Positions 21,102 to 29,598 of a DNA stretch of 64,000 nt are shown one piece after another; positions within the stretch are counted from its first letter, which is position 1; each line of letters begins with the position of its first letter. The DNA is from Planctomycetota bacterium. Its GTDB lineage: Bacteria > Planctomycetota > B15-G4. The notes below the pieces were generated by a model. That model was given only the letters and a program-made list of their open reading frames with translations, searched no databases and was not told the origin of the DNA. The stretch is from assembly GCA_029259725.1 (NCBI GenBank), contig JAJDER010000070.1, positions 25,387 to 89,386 on the forward strand. Direction: 5' to 3'. The position numbers and the translations under genes are program-made.

Positions 21102-21818
21102 ATGCCCTCGATCACCACCACGCGGACGTGGCATCGCCGCCTCTCGATCCTCGTGGGCCTGCAGCTCCTGTTGTGGACGACGAGCGGGCTGATCTTCTCC
21201 TGGGATCCGATCGAACGCGTGCGCGGCGAGGACGCGCTGGCCGAGCCGGCGGGCGAGTCGCTCGCGGCCGGGCGGTTGGTCTCCCTGTCGGTCGCGGCCG
21301 ACACCGCCGGCGTCACGCGGCTGGAAGGCGCCTCGCTCACCGCGGGGCGCGGCGGCTGGCTCTGGGTCCTGCATGACGACGAAGGCGCGCGACACGTCGT
21401 CGACGCGCTGGCCGGCGGCGTCGCGGCCGAGCTGTCCTCCGAGGAGGCCGCCGACCTCGCGCGGGGCCGCTTCCTCCCCGCCGCGGCCGGCGCCGCCGTG
21501 ACCGGGGTGCGGCGCGTGGCCGTCGCCGACGGCGAGTACCGCCACAAGCCCGTGCCCGCCCTGCGCGTCGACTTCGACGATGGCGACGAGACGCACCTCT
21601 ACCTGGACGCACTCACCGGCGAGGTCACCGCCGTGCGCCACGACCTCTGGCGGCGCTTCGACTTCTTCTGGATGCTGCACATCATGGACTACGCCGACCG
21701 CACCGACTTCGGAACGCCCTGGCTGAAGCTCTTCGCGCTGCTCGGCGTGGCCACCTCGTTGAGCGGGCTGGTGCTCGCCGTGCAGGTCCTCAGGCAACGG
21801 CGATCGAGCACGGAGTGA
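21102..21818 (+). CDS. PepSY-associated TM/PepSY domain protein
   Basis: TWHRRLSILVGLQLLLWTTSG, YLDALTGEV, WRRFDFFWMLHIMDY; GGAG RBS upstream of ATG 21102. Confidence 0.85.
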   Translation: MPSITTTRTWHRRLSILVGLQLLLWTTSGLIFSWDPIERVRGEDALAEPAGESLAAGRLVSLSVAADTAGVTRLEGASLTAGRGGWLWVLHDDEGARHVVDALAGGVAAELSSEEAADLARGRFLPAAAGAAVTGVRRVAVADGEYRHKPVPALRVDFDDGDETHLYLDALTGEVTAVRHDLWRRFDFFWMLHIMDYADRTDFGTPWLKLFALLGVATSLSGLVLAVQVLRQRRSSTE

Positions 21819-21888
21819 CCCGCGACCCGCAGGCCGCCCCGGCCCGGTAGGATGGGCCCACCCCTCTCCTCTTCCCGAGGAGCCTCTC

Positions 21889-23271
21889 ATGCGTTCGCCG
21901 TCCCACACCCTCGCCGCGGGCCTGTGCCTGGCCGCCATGCTGTCGGCGCTGATCGGACTGACGGTCCACACCCGCGCGGTCGCTGCTGGCTTCCCACCCT
22001 GGGTGACGCCACTCCCGCTCACGCAGCGCGACTTCCGCGTGTTCCCCAACTTCACGGACTCGAGCGCGAACGACAACGTCGTCCCGCATCCGCACTTTCC
22101 CGGCGCCACCGGGGCGGCTCTCGCGATCTGGAAGGCGCACACCGAATGGAGTGCCGTCCCGCGGGGTGGTGATGGTGCCGGGGACGGCTGGGCGGGCAAT
22201 CCGGTGCTCGGCGACGGAGGCGCGCTCTTCGAGACCCACTACCAGGGCCTGGCCGTGATGCCCGGCGGAACCAACGACAACGTCCACTCGGCCATCGACG
22301 GGGGGATCTGTGGCGGCGGCACCTTCGCCTTCACCGAGACACCGACGCACGACGGCTGGCGGATCCGCTATTGCGACGGAGGCCTGTTCCAGCTGGCGTG
22401 GCACGACGGGCCGGGCGCACCGACGAACGGCTGGGACCTGCAGGGCGTCTCCACGCACGAGGTCGGACATGCGCTCGGCCTGGGCCACAGCAACGCCGCC
22501 GGGAATCCGACCATGGCGCCGGCGTTCGCCGGGACGGGTGTCGAGTGGCGTTCGATCGAAGCCGACGACATCGAGGGCGTGCAAGCCATCTACGGGATCG
22601 CCACGAGCGTCAAGCCGGTGCTGCTCGGCGCGGACGGCTCGAGCGAACCGGGCGGCACGCTGGTCCTGACGGGCACCGGCTTCGCGGACACGGGCAACGA
22701 GGTGTGGTTCACCTCGGCCGGCACGGTCGGCGACGCGCTCGTCGTGTCGGGCGTCCCGGCGGATCTCGGGGGAACGCGGCTCAGCGTCGCCGTCCCGCTC
22801 GCGGCCGAGTCCGGAGAGGTCCTGGTGCGGAGCGGGACGACCGCGACGTTCGCCGGGTTGTCGAACCCGCTGCCCCTGGACGTCGGTGGGTTTCCGGGGA
22901 CCTTCGCAGGCTCGGGTCAGGGCGTGGCGGGCGCCAAGGGCTTCCCGGTCCTGTCCGGAAGCGGAGACCTGACGCCGGGCGGACCCGGGTTCACGCTCCA
23001 TCTGCAACTCGTGAAGAACCTGGCGAGTGGACTGCTCTTCGTGAGCACCGAGGTCGGAGCGTTGCCCTTCAAGGGCGGTACGTTCGTGCCCGTCCCGGTC
23101 CTCGCCGCAGTGCCCGTCAGCGTGGGTGGCGGCGGCAAGCTCGACCTGCCGGGAGCCCTTCCGGTCGGCCTGCCCGCCGGCACCACGATCGTGCTCCAGG
23201 CCTGGTTCACCGACAGCGCGGCGATCCTGGGCGTGAGCGCGACCAACGGCCTGCAACTGACGACGCCTTGA
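21889..23271 (+). CDS. Secreted matrixin (M10-like metzincin) metallopeptidase with IPT/TIG-like domain and uncharacterised C-terminal domain
   Basis: HEVGHALGLGHS zinc motif, Met-turn PTMAP, DDIEGVQAIYG; PGGTLVLTGTGF...NEVWF; GAGGAG RBS. Confidence 0.88.
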   Translation: MRSPSHTLAAGLCLAAMLSALIGLTVHTRAVAAGFPPWVTPLPLTQRDFRVFPNFTDSSANDNVVPHPHFPGATGAALAIWKAHTEWSAVPRGGDGAGDGWAGNPVLGDGGALFETHYQGLAVMPGGTNDNVHSAIDGGICGGGTFAFTETPTHDGWRIRYCDGGLFQLAWHDGPGAPTNGWDLQGVSTHEVGHALGLGHSNAAGNPTMAPAFAGTGVEWRSIEADDIEGVQAIYGIATSVKPVLLGADGSSEPGGTLVLTGTGFADTGNEVWFTSAGTVGDALVVSGVPADLGGTRLSVAVPLAAESGEVLVRSGTTATFAGLSNPLPLDVGGFPGTFAGSGQGVAGAKGFPVLSGSGDLTPGGPGFTLHLQLVKNLASGLLFVSTEVGALPFKGGTFVPVPVLAAVPVSVGGGGKLDLPGALPVGLPAGTTIVLQAWFTDSAAILGVSATNGLQLTTP

Positions 23272-23369
23272 CTCTGCAGGCCTTCGCGTGACTCGCGACA
23301 TCTCGCGGGAGGTGGCCACGACACTTCGTGATCGACGAGATCCCGCGCCGGCAGGATCCGGCGGCGTAG

Positions 23370-23402
23370 GGCCCAAGTCGTTCGGGGGCAACGACTTGGG
23401 CC
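23370..23402. promoter_or_regulatory. Perfect 13-bp inverted repeat (protein-binding site or terminator hairpin)
   Basis: GGCCCAAGTCGTT-N7-AACGACTTGGGCC; no U-tract on either strand. Confidence 0.6.
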
Positions 23403-23414
23403 GTCGGCCTGGAT

Positions 23415-23430
23415 TGGCACAGGACGTGCG
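23415..23430 (+). promoter_or_regulatory. Putative sigma-54 (-24/-12) promoter
   Basis: TGGCACAGGACGTGCG matches TGGCAC-N6-TGC with exact GG-N10-GC spacing. Confidence 0.55.
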
Positions 23431-23546
23431 GTGCGGAAGGCATGTCGCTCCTGCTGCTCCCGCCGGAGACCGCCGCACGTCGCCCCCCACCCGAAGCGAC
23501 GCGCGCCACTGTCCCGCAGGCCCGCCCGCGGCGGCGGCCATCCGCC

Positions 23547-25052
23547 CTACGGGATCTGCAGCTCGATCGGGTTGGTGACCGCGAGCCCGCCCGAGGCCGC
23601 CGGATCCCGCAGGATGGCCTGGAGATTGACGGTCAACCCCACGAGCCCGTGAGGCAGCGTTGCCGTCAGGCTGAGCGAGCCGTCCGCCGGGCCTCCGCCG
23701 GTGAGCACGAAGGGGATGCCGGCCGTCAGCAGCGGGAGGTTCTGGAGCGCGCTCCCCGGCTTCACGTCGGCGACGCCGGTCCCGCTGCCGAAGGTCAACA
23801 GGCCGAGTTCGCCACCGGCCCCGTTGACGGCGGTCAGCGTGAGGGCTCCGTCAGGGAAGCCCTGGCCGCGCAACCTCGGGACCAGGCCCGCCCCACCGAC
23901 ACTGCCTTCACCGTAGACGGTGAAACCACCCTCTCCGTCCGGAACGGCGACGAACGGATGCACGCCGCCGCCGAAGAACCCGTCGCCGGTGATCGCACCG
24001 TCGTTCGTGATCGAGTAGGCGTTGGCGAGGATCCAGCCCGTCGCCGGGTCGATCAGGTCATTCAGGTCCGTCATCACGCCGTCCTCGTAGACGATGGCGT
24101 GGACGCTGGAGCCGTTGGACGAGCTGGTCCCGACGATGGTCCCGTGCTCGTTGATGTCGCGCGCCCAGCTCATGCCCGCGCCTCCCAGCAGCGTGCCGAG
24201 GTTCTCGGGCACACCGTCGACCCAGACCGTGGCGGTCTCGAACTGGCTGCCGTCCTCGATGAAGTCCGCGATGCCGACGATCACGCCGGACTCGTTGATC
24301 GCGCGCGCCTCACTCACGCCGCCGAGGATCACGGCCGGGTCGTGCAGGTCTTCGATCTGGCCGTCGACCCACCTCACGGCGTGCCGGGCCGCGCCCGCGA
24401 AGCCGGCTCCCACCACGACGCCCTGCTGGTTCCGATCGAAGGGGAAGGCGGTCCCCGACATCGGGCCGGACAGCGAGCCGAGGTCCTGCGAGAGGCCGGT
24501 GGCGAGATCAAGCACGAAGGGCCGCGCCGTACCCGTCGCGGCCTGGCGACCGAGGCCGAGGACCACGCCGTCGTTGCTGATGCGGTGCGCCTCGAGCAGA
24601 TCCAGGTGCACGGCACCGCCCGTGACGAGACCATCGAGCGCCTGCACCTCGCCCGCGATCCAGACCACCGCGTCCGGCGTGAAGGTGGGAAAGGGGCCGC
24701 TGAGGTCTACGAGGTAGGACTCGCCCACGGCGTCCCCGAAATCGTTGACGTCGCGCCCGTTGCCGGCCTCGTGGCCCGGCAGGGTGGGCAGCAGCGTGGT
24801 CGTGCCGTCGAAGCTCCACAGCCCGGCTTGCGCGAAGCCCGGGCCCGGCGGGAACGCGTTGCCGACGGCCAGGCCGAAGTCGTTGGTCTGCAGCGCGACG
24901 CCGCCGGACGCGCCCCCATCGGCATCGAGCTGACGCGGCGAGAAGTCGAGGTCGGCGAGTTGGGCGCCCACGACGGGCGCCAGCGCGGTCAGGACGAGGA
25001 CGAGGCTGACAGCCCTGAGGAAACCCGAAGTGGCATTCGAGAGGTGTGACAT
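23547..25052 (-). CDS. Secreted HAF-repeat (beta-propeller-like) protein with uncharacterised C-terminal domain
   Basis: Signal peptide; repeats such as NLGTLLGGAGMSWARDINEHGTIVG...HAIVYEDGVMTDLNDLI. Confidence 0.85.
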   Translation of the reverse strand: MSHLSNATSGFLRAVSLVLVLTALAPVVGAQLADLDFSPRQLDADGGASGGVALQTNDFGLAVGNAFPPGPGFAQAGLWSFDGTTTLLPTLPGHEAGNGRDVNDFGDAVGESYLVDLSGPFPTFTPDAVVWIAGEVQALDGLVTGGAVHLDLLEAHRISNDGVVLGLGRQAATGTARPFVLDLATGLSQDLGSLSGPMSGTAFPFDRNQQGVVVGAGFAGAARHAVRWVDGQIEDLHDPAVILGGVSEARAINESGVIVGIADFIEDGSQFETATVWVDGVPENLGTLLGGAGMSWARDINEHGTIVGTSSSNGSSVHAIVYEDGVMTDLNDLIDPATGWILANAYSITNDGAITGDGFFGGGVHPFVAVPDGEGGFTVYGEGSVGGAGLVPRLRGQGFPDGALTLTAVNGAGGELGLLTFGSGTGVADVKPGSALQNLPLLTAGIPFVLTGGGPADGSLSLTATLPHGLVGLTVNLQAILRDPAASGGLAVTNPIELQIP

Positions 25053-25232
25053 GGTGTCGACTCGGATCCGAGGAGGAAGAGCGCGGCGACATCCGGATCG
25101 CCGCGGGGAAGGCGCAGTGAGTGCGCGCGAAACACGCTATCTCCCGATGCCGCGTTGGCCCGACGGCGTCGCGACGCCCGTGATCGCCGACATGTCGCGA
25201 CTTCCGCGGCCCACCACGATCGGAATCTGCCC

Positions 25233-25907
25233 ATGACGACCCACGACGAGTCCACACGCGACCTGCGCCTGTGGCGAATGCTCTTCGAGCGAGCGGGCTG
25301 GGGCATCGCCATCGGTGACGCCGAGCGTGTCAGCATCGCGCTGATGAACCCGGCCTTTGCGGCCATGCACGGCTACTCCGTGGATGAGCTCTTGAACCAG
25401 CCCGTCGAAGTCGTCTTCGCCCCCGAGGAACGCACGACCACTCTGCCCGGTCATCTCCGTCGCATCGAACGCGAGGGACGTGCCCGCTTCCAGAGCATGC
25501 ACGTGCGCAAGGACGGCACGCGGTTCCCCGTCCTCGTGGATGCCACGGGCGTCCGCGACCCGGACGGTCGCGTGCGCTACCGCGCCGTCCACGTGCTGGA
25601 GCTCGATCCGACGGGCCCTGCGGACATCGAGATCCCGAGCGCACCGAAGCCCCCCGACCTCGGAGCGTTGCTCGCCGATGTCCGCCAGGTCGTGGCGGCG
25701 CTCGAGGCGCTCGTGGACGACGACCCTCCCGAGATCCTGTCGCTACGGGAGAACGAGCGCCGACACATCCTCACCACACTCGAGTCCACGCGCTGGCGCG
25801 TGGCCGGTGCACGCGGCGCCGCCCGGCTGCTCGGTGTGCCGCCGAGCACGCTGAGCTCACGCATGAAGAAGCTGGGGATCTCGAAGCGCCCCTTGGACCA
25901 GGGCTGA
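25233..25907 (+). CDS. PAS domain + Fis-type (HTH_8) DNA-binding protein without AAA+ domain
   Basis: NPAFAAMHGYSVDELL...RKDGTRFPV (PAS/PAC); SLRENERRHILTTLESTRWRVAGARGAARLLGVPPSTLSSRMKKLGI (FhlA-like HTH). Confidence 0.85.
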   Translation: MTTHDESTRDLRLWRMLFERAGWGIAIGDAERVSIALMNPAFAAMHGYSVDELLNQPVEVVFAPEERTTTLPGHLRRIEREGRARFQSMHVRKDGTRFPVLVDATGVRDPDGRVRYRAVHVLELDPTGPADIEIPSAPKPPDLGALLADVRQVVAALEALVDDDPPEILSLRENERRHILTTLESTRWRVAGARGAARLLGVPPSTLSSRMKKLGISKRPLDQG

Positions 25908-25950
25908 ACGACTCCCGCCGCGGGCGCGCGCGCGAGAGCGGCCAGGGCGT

Positions 25951-28900
25951 TCAGGTGCTCGCCCTTGCCAGACGCCGCTCGCGCACCCAGCAGAAGAGCA
26001 CCGGCACCACGAACATGGTCATCAGCTCGATGGCCATGCCGCCGAAGCTGGGGATCGCCATCGGCACCATCACGTCGGCGCCGCGGCCGGTGGAGCTGAG
26101 CACGGGGAGCAGCGCCAGCAGCGTGGTGGCCGTGGTCATCAGGCACGGGCGGCAGCGACGGGTGCCCGCCGAGACCACCGCCTCGCGCACGCCGGCCACC
26201 GAATCGGGCTCACGCCGATCGAAGGACTGCTTGAGGTAGGTCGCGATGACCACCCCGTCGTCGGTGGCGATACCGAACAGCGCCAGGAACCCGACCCACA
26301 CGGCGACGCTCAGGTTCACGGTGTCCATGTGGAACAGCTCGCGCAGGTTCTCGCCGAGCAGCGAGACGTCACCGAACCAGGCCTGCCCGTAGGCCCACAG
26401 CAGCAGGAAGCCGCCCGACCAGGCCACGAAGACGCCGGTGAAGATCATCAACGTGGTCGAGACCGCGCGGAACTGCAGGTACAGGATCAGGAAGATCAGG
26501 AACAGCGCGACGGGCAGCACGACGCGCAGGGTCTTCGTGGCGCGGAGCTGGTTCTCGTAGCTGCCGGCGAAGACGAAGCTGACTCCGGCGGGCAGCTCCC
26601 ACTCGCCGGACGCCCGCTTGGCCTCGAGGTAGCGCTGGCACTGCTCGACGACGTCCACCTCCGCCCAGCCCTGCTGCTTGTCGAAGACGACGTAGCTGGT
26701 CAGGAAGGTGTCTTCGGTCTTGATCACCGCGGGCCCACGGACGTAGCGGATCTCGGCCAGTTCGCTGAGCGGGATCTGCGCTTCGCCCGGCGTGGGCACC
26801 AGCACGCGCTCCATGTCCTCGAGCGTCGTGCGCAACTCGCGCAGGTAGCGCACGCGTACCGGGTAGCGCTCGCGCCCCTCCACGGTGGTGGTGATCTTGC
26901 GGCCGCCCAGGGCGATCTCGATCACGTCCTGCACGTCGGCGACGGACACGCCGTGGCGCGCGGCAGCGCGGCGGTCGACGTCGAACTCCAGGTACGGCTT
27001 GCCGACCACCCGGTCGGCCAGCACCGCGGCGGGCTCGACGCCGGGGACCTCCTTCAGCAGGCGCTCGAGCTCGAGGCCGACGCGTTCGATCGTCTCCAGG
27101 TCCGGCCCGCGCACCTTGATGCCCATGGGCGCGCGCATGCCGCTCTGGAGCATGACCAGGCGCGCGGCGATGGGCTGCAGGCGCGGCGCCGAGGTCGTGC
27201 CCGGGAGCCGCGCCGCGCGCACGATCTCGTCCCAGATGTCGTCCGGGCTGGTGATGTGGTCGCGCCAGTTGCGATACGGCCGGCCGTCCTCGTCGGGCAC
27301 GAGCCGGTCCGCGGCGTCGCGCAGGTGGACGTCGTGATCGTCGTCCCAGGCGAAGCGCTCCCGGTGGCCGTTCTCGTCGACGATGTACTCGGGCGCGTAG
27401 TTGACGACCGTCTCGATCATCGACACCGGCGCGGGATCCAGCGCGGTCTCGGCCCGGCCGAGCTTGCCGACCGCCATCTCGACCTCGGGCACGCTCTCGA
27501 TCGCCTGGTCGAGGCGCGCGAGCACGTCGAGCGCCTCCCCCAGGGACGCGTGCGGCATGGTCGTGGGCATGAACAGGTAGCTGCCCTCGTCCAGCGGCGG
27601 CATGAACTCCTTGCCCAGCCCGGGGAAGGCGTGCCGGCCGTCGGCCCACAGCCCGGTCCGATATACGCTCGTCGCGTCGCCGCCGAGGCCCGCCCAGGTC
27701 GCGGGAACGAACGCGAACACGCGGTCCCAACCGAGCCAGACCAGGAGTCCGAGCAGCACGGTCACGATCGGCGCCAGCAGGAACGTGCCCTTGTGGTCGA
27801 GGCACCAGCGCAACAGGCGCGGATAGACGCGCTGGAAGAACCAGAACAGCAGCAGCAGCCCGCCCACGGTCAGCGCGACGAAGAGCAGGTTCGCGAAGTC
27901 GCCACGGCGAGGGCCGAGCGGCTCCCAGGCGCCCGCGAGCACGACCGCGACGACGGCCATCGCCCCCCACAGCAGCAGCCGGTTGCCCAGCTTGCCCCAG
28001 ACGCGAGGCGTCGCCGACGGCCGCCGCGGGAACAGCCAGAGCGCGAAGGCCGGGATGATCAACAGGGCCACGACGATCGACCCGACCAGCGCGAAACTCT
28101 TGGTGAAGGCCAGCGGCCGGAACAGCTTGCCCTCGGCCCCGATCATGGTGAACACGGGCAGGAAGCTGACGATGGTCGTGGCCACCGCCGTGAGCACCGC
28201 CGAGGCCACCTCCATCGTCGCGGCGTGGATCGTCTCCAGCGCCGAGGACCCCGGCGCCGCCTCGTCGAGTCGGCGCAGGATGTTCTCGCTGAGCACGATC
28301 CCGACGTCGACCATGGTACCGATGGCGATCGCGATGCCCGACAGGGCGACGATGTTCGCGTCCACCTCGAACAGCTTCATGGCGATGAAGGTGAACAGCA
28401 CGGCCGTCGGCAGCAGCACCGACACGAGCACCGACGCGCGCAGATGCCGCAGCATGAACACGACGACCAGGATGGTGACCAGGATCTCGAGGCGCAGCGC
28501 CGTGTCGAGCGTTCCGAGCGTCTCCTGGATCAGCCCCGTGCGGTCGTAGAAGGGCACGATCGTGAGCTGGGAGACGGTGCCGTCCTCGAGCACGCGCCGC
28601 GGCAAGCCCGGGGAGATCTCCGCGATCTTCGCCTTGACGGACTCGATCACCGCGAGCGGGTTCGCCCCGTAGCGCGCGACGACCGAGCCGCCCACGGCCT
28701 CGGCCCCGCCCTTGTCCAGCGCGCCGCGCCGCAGCGCCGGGCCGAGCGCCACGTGCGCCACGTCCTTCACGCGCAGGGGCACGCCATCGACCGAGGTGAT
28801 CACCGACTCCTCGATGTCCTCGAGCGACTCGAACCAGCCCGTGCCGCGCACGAAGTACTCGACGCGGTTGATCTCCACCGTGCGCGCGCCGACCTCCAGG

Positions 28901-29595
28901 TTGCCCTCGCGCACCGCGCTGAAGACCTGGTCCAGGCTCACGCGATGGGCGCGCATGGCGTCGGGGTCGACGTCGATCTGGTACTCGCGCACGAAGCCGC
29001 CGACCGACGCGACCTCGGCCACGCCGTCGGCCGCCATGAGCGCGTAGCGCACGTACCAGTCCTGCGCCGAGCGCAACTCGTCCAGGTCCCAGCCGCCGGT
29101 GGGGTCGCCGTCCTGGTCACGCCCCTCGAGCGTGTACCAGAACACCTGCCCCAACGGCGTCGCGTCCGGCCCGAGCGACGGACTCACGCCCTCGGGCAGG
29201 GTGTCGGGCGGCAGGCTGGCGAGCTTCTCCAGCACGCGCGAACGCGACCAGTAGAAGTCCACGTCCTCCTCGAAGATCATGTAGATCGAGGAGAAGCCGA
29301 AGTAGCTGAACGAGCGCACCGTGCGCACGCCGGGCACGCCCAGCAACGACACCGTGAGCGGATAGGTGATCTGGTCCTCGACGTCCTGCGGACTGCGCCC
29401 CATCCACTCGGTGAAGACGATCTGCTGGTTCTCGCCGATGTCCGGGATGGCGTCGACCGGGATCGGGTCGCGTGGCAGGCCGGTCGCGTCCCAGTCGAAG
29501 GGCGCGACGGCCACGCCCCAGCCCAGGAGCGCGACGCACAACAGCACGACGATCAGCCGCTGTTCGAGGAAGAAGCGGACGACGCTGGACAGCAC
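25951..29595 (-). CDS. cusA: Heavy-metal efflux RND permease, CusA-like (Cu(I)/Ag(I) type)
   Basis: DAIPDIGENQQIVFTEWMGRSPQDVEDQITYPL, GIAIAIGTMVD, EFMPPLDEGSYLFMP, DPAPVSMIET, QPIAARLVMLQSG, RPCLMT. Confidence 0.93.
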   Translation of the reverse strand: MLSSVVRFFLEQRLIVVLLCVALLGWGVAVAPFDWDATGLPRDPIPVDAIPDIGENQQIVFTEWMGRSPQDVEDQITYPLTVSLLGVPGVRTVRSFSYFGFSSIYMIFEEDVDFYWSRSRVLEKLASLPPDTLPEGVSPSLGPDATPLGQVFWYTLEGRDQDGDPTGGWDLDELRSAQDWYVRYALMAADGVAEVASVGGFVREYQIDVDPDAMRAHRVSLDQVFSAVREGNLEVGARTVEINRVEYFVRGTGWFESLEDIEESVITSVDGVPLRVKDVAHVALGPALRRGALDKGGAEAVGGSVVARYGANPLAVIESVKAKIAEISPGLPRRVLEDGTVSQLTIVPFYDRTGLIQETLGTLDTALRLEILVTILVVVFMLRHLRASVLVSVLLPTAVLFTFIAMKLFEVDANIVALSGIAIAIGTMVDVGIVLSENILRRLDEAAPGSSALETIHAATMEVASAVLTAVATTIVSFLPVFTMIGAEGKLFRPLAFTKSFALVGSIVVALLIIPAFALWLFPRRPSATPRVWGKLGNRLLLWGAMAVVAVVLAGAWEPLGPRRGDFANLLFVALTVGGLLLLFWFFQRVYPRLLRWCLDHKGTFLLAPIVTVLLGLLVWLGWDRVFAFVPATWAGLGGDATSVYRTGLWADGRHAFPGLGKEFMPPLDEGSYLFMPTTMPHASLGEALDVLARLDQAIESVPEVEMAVGKLGRAETALDPAPVSMIETVVNYAPEYIVDENGHRERFAWDDDHDVHLRDAADRLVPDEDGRPYRNWRDHITSPDDIWDEIVRAARLPGTTSAPRLQPIAARLVMLQSGMRAPMGIKVRGPDLETIERVGLELERLLKEVPGVEPAAVLADRVVGKPYLEFDVDRRAAARHGVSVADVQDVIEIALGGRKITTTVEGRERYPVRVRYLRELRTTLEDMERVLVPTPGEAQIPLSELAEIRYVRGPAVIKTEDTFLTSYVVFDKQQGWAEVDVVEQCQRYLEAKRASGEWELPAGVSFVFAGSYENQLRATKTLRVVLPVALFLIFLILYLQFRAVSTTLMIFTGVFVAWSGGFLLLWAYGQAWFGDVSLLGENLRELFHMDTVNLSVAVWVGFLALFGIATDDGVVIATYLKQSFDRREPDSVAGVREAVVSAGTRRCRPCLMTTATTLLALLPVLSSTGRGADVMVPMAIPSFGGMAIELMTMFVVPVLFCWVRERRLARAST

Positions 29596-29598
29596 CGG

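Noticed and set aside
23442-25049. 535-aa plus-strand ORF starting at the putative sigma-54 TSS
   Set aside because: Almost all of it is the antisense frame of the HAF-repeat gene and it shows no domain; kept only as context for the orphan promoter finding
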